Assembly: GCA_039621445.1 (NCBI GenBank)
Contig: CP154954.1
Coordinates: forward strand, 10,497,521 to 10,561,520
Source of the DNA: Euglena gracilis
Lineage: Eukaryota
DNA length: 64,000 nucleotides
Reading direction: 5' to 3'
Shown: positions 1 to 11,700 of the stretch, in pieces
Layout of the letters: each line of letters starts with the position of its first letter
How positions within the stretch are numbered: the first letter of the stretch is position 1
Made by a program: the position numbers and the translations under genes
The notes under the pieces: model-generated
Told to the model about the DNA's origin: nothing
Seen by the model: only the letters and a program-made list of their open reading frames with translations
Databases searched by the model: none

Positions 1-1014
1 GAAAGCTGATGGCAAAGGTCGCTGGGAAATGCACAGCAGAAAAATCCAAGTTTCCCCCCCCCTGCGTTGCAGACATTGACCACTGGATTTTACAAACAAA
101 GAACAGTGTTTTGGCCAAAGTTTTAAGGGGGGAACAGGACACCTTCGGCGCCACAGTCCCCGTTTCTCGCAATTTCCGCTTTTTTGGGGGGGAATTTTTC
201 CGCAATTTCCACAATTTTTCCACAATTTCTCTCAATTTTTCCCCTTTCTGCAATTTTTCCGCATGAACCTCAAATGAAAAGGGGAATGGTTTTGGCATTT
301 TTTTGAACGCTTCACAAACAAGGGTGGAAAACAGGCGCTTTTTTCGTTGTTCCGCATTTGCTTTGTTTTTTTTTTCAGCCAACAAATTCCGTATTTCCAA
401 AATCAGGGCAAATCATGTTTTTTTTGGAAAAAAATTTGTCATTTTTATTGGAAAAAGTGTGAGTGTGACAGCTCAAAACTCACAGAATGTCAAAATTTGT
501 TATTTTTTTCCAATTCCCTTCCAACAGAAGTACATTCCCAAAGATTTACACAATTTCCCCGCAATTCTCGCAATTTTTATGCAATTTCCCCCCTGCTTCT
601 GTGGGGAGAAGTTCTCCACCATTTGAGTTTCCCATGGATTGATATCCGCAGTTTTCCTGCACCCAGGCTGCCCCTCTTGGACCAAACACAATTGTTGACA
701 TATGGGAGGAGATCATCCTGTTGCCCAAATTGAGTCTTTCCACCGTTGACCGGCACCAACAACAAATTTTTGCCTTTTTCAATGTGACCAGCCCATCACC
801 ATCTTGTCTTTTGGGCAGCAAAATATTGTCCAAAGCGTGGAGAAAAAAATGCATTCTTCACACATGTCACGCCGATGAATTCTTAGTCTAGCCTGCCCCC
901 CGCTCCTTCAAGAATCCACCAAAGCCAAGTGAATGTCTGTTCCATGAGCGTTGGCCACTTGCTGGTATAGCGTAGCCAACGCCCCTGATCAAAATGATCG
1001 AGCCAGGAAAAGAA

Positions 1015-1467
<453 letters not shown>

Positions 1468-2581
1468 GCACAGAAGCGCGTGCTGAGTAACCATACTGAT
1501 AATGTGTATCCGTGGGTGTGCACAAAGCAAAGAGAAGCACACAAAGGAACAAACAAAGTCAATGTAGGGCTAGATGGTTTTTATTGGTGACCACATGAAT
1601 AATAAACCCCAAATCCCAAATTGGTTTGCCTGCTGTGCCAAAATTTTGCCTGAGATGCCAAAGTTTGAAGAATTTGCCCCTTTTCAAATTTCTGACCAAG
1701 TTGTCAAAAAATTCTTGCCCCCTGTCGGCAAATTTTACCCTGGTTAAATGAAATTCAGGCAACAACATGTTTCGACCCTTGAACTTCGCACTGCAAAAAA
1801 AAAATTCAGAGTGGCATGAGATCAAACAATGGGAAATGAACAAAAGGACAGACAGAAGAAAAGTGTCTCGGAAGAGTGACAAGAGATGTGCGCTAATATG
1901 GTGCCTTGTGGTGTCATAATCAAAGAGGATTCTTGCCAGACATGCGGTGTGGCTTGGCAGACATTCCTTTTCGAAAAAAGATTGGGAATGGAAACTTTGA
2001 GCGGATTTGGTTTTTCAACCCCCCCCCACAGGGGAAACTTCACAAGGTTAGCTGGCAAGAATTGCAATTGCTGCCTGAAGGGTTACGGGGAGTGGACTGA
2101 AAATTATTATTCCAATTTAAAAATTGAAATTACATTTTAGGCACAATTTGCTTCCGCTTCTAAGGCACATGGACTTTGGGCGGAGTCTTTGTTTAAGATG
2201 CATGACAGATTCTGCGCATCAAGATGCAGACTCCGTCTGAAGTACTGTGTCTTGAATGCCGACCCCCCCAAAAAAACGTGCAAAAAGCTTTATATGATAT
2301 TGAAGCGGAAATCGCCGATGAACTTGGATTTGTCACACTTCATTCCAAACTTTGGTGAATGAGGTGCATTGGTGTATGTCAAGTTGTTGGTTGTGGGTTT
2401 TTTGCCCATTCACAACAATTTGAATTTGAGATATTTGGAAGTAATTTGGAAGGGTTTTGGGCATGCACAGTTGCGAAAAAATGTCAACAGAACAAAACTG
2501 CTCAAAGAAGGATCACAGGTTATCACATGATCCAACTGGACAGAGCTGGGTATGAGAATTTTGACCAAAAAAATGCTTGTA

Positions 2582-2815
2582 CCACCTCCCCCCCCCTAAT
2601 TGACCGTGGGACCTCTCCACGGGACCCCCCTTTTGGTCAATTAGGGGGGGGGGGGTTCAATTAGGGGGGGGGGTCAATTAGGGGGGGTGGTACCGTCAAT
2701 TAGGGGGTGCTTCAGCACGGAATCCCCCCGGGCAGTCAATTAGGGGGGGGGTGAAAAAATTTTCCCCGGGGCGTTTGGTCAATTAGGGGGGGGGTTCAAT
2801 TAGGGGGGGAGGTGG
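2582..2815. mobile_element. MITE with TA target duplication (Tc1/mariner-like, non-autonomous)
   Basis: TA|CCACCTC(C)nTAATTGA ... TCAATTA(G)nAGGTGG|TA; internal repeats of GTCAATTAGGGG. Confidence 0.8.
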
Positions 2816-3676
2816 TATGTGATCTTGTGCTGGAACCCCAAAAAAAGGCAAAGATACACAAGCAGTTTTGAGCAACTGGGACAGCTTTGCAAAGCGAAAA
2901 TAGTCGTCACCAAGGCTTGGCCAAAGTTTTCTTTGGCCAACAAAGTAACTGGGGGGTTAATCGTGGTTCAGGGCTTTTCCCCTGTTTCACCACCTTGCCT
3001 ACTCTGTGCTGGAGGTGGGCAGGCATGCAGGCACACCAGGCCCGGTTGAGGCACCAGCTCCCATTGCGGCACCTCAAATGTTCCGGCAGTGGACACCAAG
3101 AAAAGGATGTGGGGGCCCCATGCTGAAAGCTAAAAAGTGAATTCCTGTGGATGGAGTTGAATATTTGTTAATAAATGGTTTAAACAAGATCAGTTTGCTT
3201 TTTAAATGAACCACAACTTTTCCAATTTTTGACAACTGAAAAAAACGACATGAAAATTTCCAAAAAAAAATGTTTCAATGTCACCCACCAAGACAAAATA
3301 TGTTGTGCACACTGGTAAATTTGAGACTTTGGCGTGTTGTTTTGACCCTTTTTGTGCCATTTTATGGACTTAGAGGAGGAAGTTGAGGTAGAGAGGGTTC
3401 AGAAACAAATTGGACAAAATGCAGAGGTGAGAGGGACCCCCAGTGAGGAATTGGTAATGGATTTTTGGTGGTCGCTGGCGACTAGTCGCTAGAAAATGGT
3501 CGCTGGCGACCATTGGTGGTCAGGCCGACTGGTCGCTACCAACCACCAATCACCCTCCAGGCACTGTGGGACAATGGCGGACAGAAGGGGGACACTCTGG
3601 AGGGGTCAATTTTTTGCCTTCGGCGCCAAAGGCAACGAAGGAAAATGGCCACTTTGAGGGATGCTGGGGGGGGGGG

Positions 3677-4393
3677 AGCTTCGCTCTTACTCTAAAGAGA
3701 TAAGTGCTCAGCAACCCCCCCCCATACCACCCACACCCCTTTTCTTGGATTTTTTGGACTATTATTGACCCATCTTTGACCCAAAGTCAATGGGTTGGCG
3801 GCCCAAAACGGGGCGCTGGCGGGTCGAAAAACGCTCATTTTCGGCCCAAAAAAACAGCTTTTCCGATCAAACAGATTTTTTCGAAAATATCTCGAGAAAA
3901 CTTACATTATTTCCAGAAATGCCAGTCTGACAAAATGTACCGAAATGTACCGCGGGGAGTTGCGGGGAAAACAAAATACCAGTTGATAGGGCGTTCCAAG
4001 GGCTTCAATTTAGGTCTCCGGACATTTCCTTTGATTTTTTGCATCATTTTCGAGATATTTTGAAAATATCCATTTTTGGGCCGGAAATGGCAGAGTCCAA
4101 AGGGGGGGCCTCATTCAGGGGGTGGGCAAATCCCACCCAGTTTGGTCCCCTTCGCGCGTGAATAACTCGGGCCTGACGGGGAGTTGGGGGTCAACCCAGG
4201 GTGATTCGGAAACTAGGAATCCAGTCGCTCGCGACTGAAAAAAAAATTCCGGAAACGGAGCCGGGATCATGGTGATAATCCGCCGGTTCCCGAGGTGGCC
4301 CCAACCAGGGGGAGGGGGGGGGGGCGGGGGGGTCCCCTTTTCCCCACGGGTAAGCTTCGCTCTTACCCATTAAGGGATAAGAGCTCGGCGACC
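3677..4393. repeat. Two diverged copies of a ~40-bp hairpin motif bounding a repeat-like segment
   Basis: AGCTTCGCTCTTAC...GATAAG(A/T)GCTC at 3677-3716 and 4353-4393; internal inverted repeat around 3880-3900 and 4047-4066. Confidence 0.5.
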
Positions 4394-4809
4394 TTCCCCT
4401 AACCCCCCTTTCCCCCCTACCTATTCCCCACTTTGTGCCATATGTGTCCCGGTGTGGTGAATTTTAAGTTATTTTGCCCTCTGTCCCCCCTTCAGGGTTG
4501 GTAGATCGTCTGCAGCTTTGCAGGAGCAGGGGATGTGGGAGAAATGTTCTGAATTCCCCACGAAAAAGGCCAAGCAAATGATTCTGACCTTTGGAGCGAC
4601 AACAATTGACTTAGACGGCCGTAACTGGACACTAAAAAATCAAATTGGGTCTTTCGCAAAATGTCAATCTTCAAAGCCCAAATAACGCCACAACTTCACC
4701 ATAGAAAGCAAAATTCTGGGAAATATTTTTGTCACAAAACCGCATGCTTTCTGCGGAATTAGCTAATAACTTGGGGAAATGAGGTCCAAAAAAGGATCAA
4801 CATAGGTAG

Positions 4810-6870
4810 TTCAGGCGCAAATGCGCCTGAAATATGTTCTTTTCAATCGGACAAGATCATTACATGAGTTATGTTGTTGTATGAGGCCTCGCTCAAATCC
4901 AGGCGCAATTGCGCCTGAACGCACTCTAAAAAGAGGCTAATTTGGTGGTCCCCAAAAAAATATGAAAAAAAGGTAAAAACAACATTCAAAACAAGCTCGG
5001 AGTATGCAGTCATGTGTCTTGAATAAAAGCACTTACTTCACTGACTCAACAGACTATTTTGTGGAACGCCCCCATACAGATTAGTGCACATGAGCGCAAA
5101 ACAATGCTGTCATATTTTTGGAGCCCTGTCACATCGAAATTTTAAAAGGACAAATGACGATAAACATAATTCATACATCAGATTTATTCCAAATTGACAT
5201 TTCAAATGGGATGTAATTGTGGCTTACCAGAAAATTACAGGCGCAATTGCGCTTGGATCTTCAGAGAAACGGCCCTTTTTTGCCTTCCCCACACAACCAT
5301 TCAGGCGCAAATGCGCCTGGATGGTTGCCAAAACAGGCCATTGGCAGTGGTGGTTAATTCACTTTTAATGAAAAGTTCATTTGTCGAGTTGTGAATGCAA
5401 CCCTGCGCGTACTGATTTTTGCATGTGACCGCTTTTTTCACTTCAGTGGTTATGTGGCAGATGTTTGGAAACACATTGACCAATTGACATTAGTGTTTCA
5501 TCGGAAAGATTAAACTTTTAGGCGCATGTGGACTTGCAACAATTGAATGACTCAGGAGAAAATCTTGCTGAGAGAAGCATTCGAATCTAAAAGAAATAAT
5601 TCTCACTTTTAACTTTAGTCCAAAAGTTGGGAATAGCGACTTTCGTCTTCTGGCCGTGTGCTTACCATGTGTTTCACTCAAATTTTTCCGTGTGGTAGGT
5701 ATGAGAATCTTTTTGTTTTGCAATGTTGGGTTAGGCTTTGACATCTTGATCACTTCTTCATGTTTCAATGATCAGCACTTCATAAAGAAGCACTCAACAC
5801 AAAGCTACCCTCACCCCCCCCCTATTTGCCCCCCCCCCCTAATTGGCTAATTGGCCTCCGGGACAAGACTGGCCAATTTCGGCAAGGCCGCAAAAAGGGC
5901 TCAGAAAACCTCCAAAAAATGTCCGTTTCGAAGATTTTAAAATTCGCCGGATAAGAAAAAGTCATGACCAGTCCAACTATGCTCAAAAAATTGACAAATT
6001 TTGCACAGGGGAAAAAATTGGGGTAGGGGTCCTCGAGCCCCCCCCCCCCTAATTGTCCCCCCCCCCCTAATTGGCTAATTGGAGGTCTGAAGGAGCCCGG
6101 CCATTAGCCAAATGGGGGGGGGGGTGAGGGTACCAATCTTTCTCCAATGATCCCGAAATGCTACAAAATTATTATTTTTTGTTTGCTTTTGAAATTTTCT
6201 CCAACAGCTAAACGGTATCAACGATCTGGTAGTTGACATTACGTGTTTTAAATTGTGTGATTCCTTGTGATGCTGCCCTTCAAAGTTTTTACATCTATAG
6301 CAGTTCTGGAGCTGTTTTGAACGACCAAAAATTTTTTAACAGTTGTAAAAAGATGGAAGGAGCAGAAAGAAAATTCAGAAATGTACACATTACCAACAAT
6401 TTCTTACCATTCCTCAATTAACCAACAAAAGTGATAGGTCATTAACGGATTCTCAGTAAGTGACAAATGCACTTTGGCAAGGAGCAACCCAGCACTCGAA
6501 TAGCAAGCACCCTGCTGTTGAGCATGCTTAGCTTCGGGTGTGGTTGGAAGGGTGAAGAGAAATGAACAGTGTTCTCAGATTCCTTTCCTCAATACGACTT
6601 TTTTTGTGTGCAATTCACAAATGTTCCAGGCGCAAATGCGCCTGACAATTAAATGAAGCCAATTGTGCATTGCCCAGTGGGTATCCGAACATTTGCCATA
6701 AAACCATAAAAAGTACATGCCAAATGCAAGATGGCTTTCACAACTTGACAAAATATATTATTCATGAAATTGAATTGACCACTGCCAATGGCCCGTTTTG
6801 GCAACTGTCCAGGTGCACATGCGCCTGGAGAAAAAATTTGGGCAAGGCAAAAGGACTTGGAGGGCCATAA
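4810..6870. mobile_element. Degenerate fold-back DNA transposon relic with repeated 18-bp palindromes
   Basis: 5301-5372 and 6762-6829 are inverted copies; CAGGCGCA-A(A/T)-TGCGCCTG-type palindrome at 4812, 4900, 5238, 5302, 6627 and 6810; ends not defined. Confidence 0.5.
5808..6130. mobile_element. MITE with TA target duplication nested in the fold-back relic
   Basis: TA|CCCTCA(C)n..ATTTG ... CAAAT(G)nTGAGGG|TA; internal CTAATTGGCTAATTGG repeats. Confidence 0.8.
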
Positions 6871-7322
6871 CAAAAACAGGAAATGCGCCTTCCCGGAGCA
6901 ATTCGGAAAATGCCTGAAACCAGGCTTTTTGCAGACTACAAAAAACAATTCACAAACGATGTCCAGATATTAGTGAAAAGTCAGAAACAAGTGAATATGG
7001 TTTGTGGGAATTCACCAAAAAACAGTGGACTTTCTTGAAATCATACATGAAAGACTCTGAAAACATGATGAAAGATGTTTGAAACAAATGCACCTGAAGC
7101 AATTCCTAGAAGCAAATAATGAATGAATGAACATGAAACAAGATGAGTGCAGATGCTTCTTAATATTCAAACGCATTTGCACCTTGCCGTACCCCAAAAA
7201 AGGTTATTTTGTCCTCCAAAACATGTGCAGACGTGCTTGCTGGTTGAGGTGCTTTTTCTATATTATGCAGCATTGTGAGGCTACATAGAGGTATAATGAC
7301 CATAGAGGTATTCTGACCATTT

Positions 7323-8282
7323 TTAACATACGAAAAACGACGACCATTGAAATGTACCCACATTACTACTAAATGTACACACTACCATGAACCCATGACC
7401 TATTCCCATTTCCGCTGCTTTGTGCCTGGTAATCTCTATGCAGCATTGGTCGATCAACCGACTTCCCAACAAAACGGCAATGTAAGGTTGCCTTGTGAAG
7501 GTCGACCACCCATCCATTGCCATTGTGCAATACCTTCCATCCAATGAAGCAGCAGACTTTTTCCATTCCTCGTCATGCACGGTGTTCAGAATTTGCCCTC
7601 CCATAGTTTGCCGCTTCGGTAACTTTATGGAAGGAGGGTCTCCAGGTGGCAACTTGGCATGGGCTATACGGGTGAGGTTAGACCAGTGGAGGCAGAAAAG
7701 GGCTTTCAGGCCTTTCAGACCTCTCCTATTCGCTTGTCAAAGTATGCAAAACAGTCCCGAAGTGAGCACCAACGGTGTGTCACTTGGTGATGGGGGCTGA
7801 TGCTGCAGACTGATTATCCATCTCGACCTAACCCCCGCACCCCCACCATTGAAACCACAGAGTGTGGAGAAGGTGGAGTGTGGAGAAGGTGACACCCCCC
7901 CCCCCACAAGTGGCTCGCAGTGGGGAGACCATACGAAGACTCAGCCTGCCCGAGAAATTTTATTTTCAAGGCACCGGACAAAGCATGCACGTTCCGAAAC
8001 TTAGTTAAAAAAAACAGTTGATTTCCTCCGTTTTCTCCGTACTGAAAACAAAAAAACAAACCCACCACAATTGCTTTTGTTTGGAGGCGTGTTTTCTCCA
8101 ACAACTGCTCCATCAACTTTTAACTTTGAAGGTAGTCCCCTGTGTGGGCAGTTCCCGCAATCCATTGCTTTGTGCAACCGTTCGTCAACCCGTAAATGAG
8201 ACACTGCGACAAGAAAGTTCATAAAAATAACCGGCATGCACTGTTTACAGCTAACGGGATGAATGTTGGCCACCAGACCCAA
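7323..8282 (-). pseudogene. Fragmented hAT-superfamily transposase (BED-finger-like region plus first catalytic Asp region)
   Basis: ORF 7323-7652 KLPKRQTMGGQILNTVHDEE...CTMAMDGWS resembles the hAT/DUF659 PsR..l...L...DGWS block; ORF 8001-8282 has CKQC...RLHKAMDCGNCP; broken by stops and frameshifts. Confidence 0.65.
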
Positions 8283-8736
8283 GAAGCATGGCCACTAGCC
8301 CTAGAACGATGGCCACAGAACCTAAAAATAGTGACCAAAAAATAGGGGCCCCTAGAGCTAAAAACTATGCGTGACCTAAAAATAGGGGCCCCTAGACCTA
8401 AAAACTATGGCCACTGGGACCTGGAACTGAAAAAACTTCCAACAATCGTCCGGAGAAATTGACCTTTATGCAGTGCCGTGGGTCAGGGAACACAAATGCA
8501 ACACACATTCCAAGGCTGATACATGACTACGGTGCCCAGTTGAAGTGGTCAGAGGCATGTGAGGGTCTATGAACACGTGTCCAACAAACAGCAACCTTGC
8601 AATCATGGGTGTGAAATCTTTCCCTGGCACACGGGGGAAAAAAGTGCAAAGCACATACCATTACCCCCTCGTAAATGACCCCCCCCTAATTGCAATTTTG
8701 GCAACTGGACAAAAACATGAATTTTTTTTGCATGTC

Positions 8737-11700
8737 TGTTGGGCAACAAAAGGGATTTGCCCCCCAAAACAGGTGGGTAACACAAGGGATTTTGTTATTT
8801 TGGGGCCCTCGAACAGTTGGGCAACAAAAAGGATTTGCCCCCCAAATCAGTTGGGTTGCACAAGGGATTTGCCCCCCAAAACGGTGTGGGTAACACAAGG
8901 GATTTTGTTATTTAGGGGTCCTCGAACAGTTGGGCAACAAAAGGGATTTACCCCCCAAATCAGTTGGGTGAATCAAGGGATTTGCCCCCCAAAACGGGTG
9001 GGTAACACAAGGGATTTTGTTATTTTGGGGCCCTCGAATAGTTGGGCAACAAAAGGGATTTGCCCCCCAAAACGGGTGGGTAACACAAGGGATTTTGTTA
9101 TTTAGGGGCCCTCGAACAGTTGGGCAACAAAAGGGATTTGCCCCCCAAAACGGGTGGGTAACACAAGGGATTTTGCTATTTTGGGGCCCTCGAACAGTTG
9201 GGCAACAAAAGGGATTTGCCCCCCAAAACGGGTGGGTAACACAAGGGATTTTGTTATTTTGGGGCCCTCGAACAGTTGGGCAACAAAAGGGATTTGCCCC
9301 CCAAAACAGGTGGGTAACACAAGGGATTTTGTTATTTTGGGGCCCTCAAACAGTTGGGCAACAAAAGGGATATGCCCCCCAAATCAGTTGGGTTGCACAA
9401 GGGATTTGCCCCCCAAAACGGGTGGGTAACACAAGGGATTTTGTTATTTAGGGGCCCTCGAACAGTTGGGCAACAAAAGGGATTTGCCCCCCAGTTCAGT
9501 TGGGTTACACAAGGGATTTGCCCCCCAAAACGGGTGGGTAACACAAGGGATTGTGTTATTTTGGGGCCCTCGAACAGTTGGGCAACAAAAGGGATTTGCC
9601 CCACAAAACGGGTGGGTAACACAAGGGATTTTGTTATTTTGGGGCCCTCGAACAGTTGGGCAACAAAAGGGATTTGCCCCCAAAACGGGTGGGTAACACA
9701 AGGGAGTTTGTTATTTTGGGGTCCTCGAACAGTTGGGCAACAAAAGGGATTTGCCCCCCCAAAACGGGTGGGTAACAGAAAGGATTTTGTTATTTTGGGG
9801 CCCTCGAACAGTTGGGCAACAAAAGGGATTTGCCCCCCAAAACGGGTGGGTAACACAAGGGATTTGTCCCCCAAAATGGGTGGGTAACACAAGAGATTTT
9901 GTTATTTAGGGGACCTCGAACAGTTGGGCAACAAAAGGGATTTGGACCCCAGATCAGTTGGGTTACACAAGGGATTTGCCCCACAAAACGGGTGGGTAAC
10001 ACAAGGGATTTTGTTATTTTGGGGCCCTCGAACAGTTGGGCAACAAAAGGGATTTGCCCCCCAAAACGGGTGGGTAACACAAGGGATTTTGTTATTTTGG
10101 GGCCCTCTAACAGTTGGGCAACAAAAGGGATTTGCCCCCCAAAACAGGTGGGTAACACAAGGGATTTTGTTATTTTGGGGCCCTCGAACAGTTGGGCAAC
10201 AAAAGGGATTTACCCCCCAAAACGGGTGGGTAACACAAGGGATTTTGTTATTTTGGGGCCCTCGAACAGTTGGGCAACAAAAGGGATTTGCCCCCCCAAA
10301 ACGGGTGGGTAACAGAAGGGATTTTGTTATTTTGGGGCCCTCGAACAGTAGGGCAACAAAAGGGATTTGCCCCCCAAAACGGGTGGGTAACACAAGGGAT
10401 TTTGTTATTTTGGGGCCCTCGAACAGTTGGGCAACAAAAGGGATTTGCCCCCCAAATCAGTTGGGTTACACAAGGGATTTTGTTATTTTGGGGCCCTCGA
10501 ACAGTTGGGCAACAAAAGGGATTTGCACCCCAGATCAGTTGGGTTACACAAGGGATTTGCCCCGCAAAATGGGTGGGTAACACAAGGGATTTTGTTATTT
10601 TGGGGCCCTCGAACAGTTGGGCAACAAAAGGGATTTGCCCCACAAAACGGGTGGGTAACACAAGGGATTTTGTTATTTAGGGGCCCTCGAACAGTTGGGC
10701 AACAAAAGGGATTTGCCCCCCAAAACGGATGGGTAACACAAGGGATTTTGTTATTTTGGGGCCCTCGAACAGTTGGGCAACAAAAGGGATTTGCCCCGCA
10801 AAACGGGTGGGTAACACAAGGGATTGTGTTATTTTGGGGCCCTCGAACAGTTGGGCAACAAAAGGGATTTGCCCCCCAAAACGGTGTGGGTAACACAAGG
10901 GATTTTGTTATTTTGGGGCCCTCGAACAGTTGGGCAACAAAAGGGATTTGCCCCCAAAACGGGTGGGTAACACAAGGGATTTTGTTATTTTGGGGTCCTC
11001 GAACAGTTGGGCAACAAAAGGGATTTGCCCCCCAAAACAGGTGGGTAACACAAGGGATTTTGTTATTTAGGGGCCCTCGAACAGTTGGGCAACAAAAGGG
11101 ATTTGCCCCCCAAATCAGTTGGGTTACACAAGGGATTTTGTTATTTTGTGGCCTTCGAACAGTTGGGCAACAAAAGGGATTTGCACCCCAGATCAATTGG
11201 GTTACACAAGGGATTTGCCCCGCAAAATGGGTGGGTAACACAAGGGATTTTGTTATTTTGGGGCCCTCGAACAGTTGGGCAACAAAAGGGATTTGCCCCA
11301 CAAAACGGGTGGGTAACACAAGGGATTTTGTTATTTAGGGGTCCTCGAACAGTTGGGCAACAAAAGGGATTTACCCCCCAAATCAGTTGGGTGAATCAAG
11401 GGATTTGCCCCCCAAAACGGGTGGGTAACACAAGGGATTTTGTTATTTTGGGGCCCTCGAATAGTTGGGCAACAAAAGGGATTTGCCCCCCAAAACGGGT
11501 GGGTAACACAAGGGATTTTGTTATTTAGGGGCCCTCGAACAGTTGGGCAACAAAAGGGATTTGCCCCCCAAAACGGGTGGGTAACACAAGGGATTTTGCT
11601 ATTTTGGGGCCCTCGAACAGTTGGGCAACAAAAGGGATTTGCCCCCCAAAACGGGTGGGTAACACAAGGGATTTTGTTATTTTGGGGCCCTCGAACAGTT

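Noticed and set aside
2635-2810. Telomeric TTAGGG repeats
   Set aside because: Isolated TTAGGG within MITE motifs and satellite variants, never in tandem
3374-3426. Possible upstream exon of the coiled-coil gene (EEEVEVERVQKQIGQNAE, then GTGAG)
   Set aside because: It ends in phase 0 while the 29383 exon needs phase 1, and it lies among transposon debris
3441-3566. Small CAGTG...CACTG hAT MITE with GTCGCTGGCGAC palindromes
   Set aside because: The TIR is only 5 bp and the flanks do not form a clean 8-bp TSD
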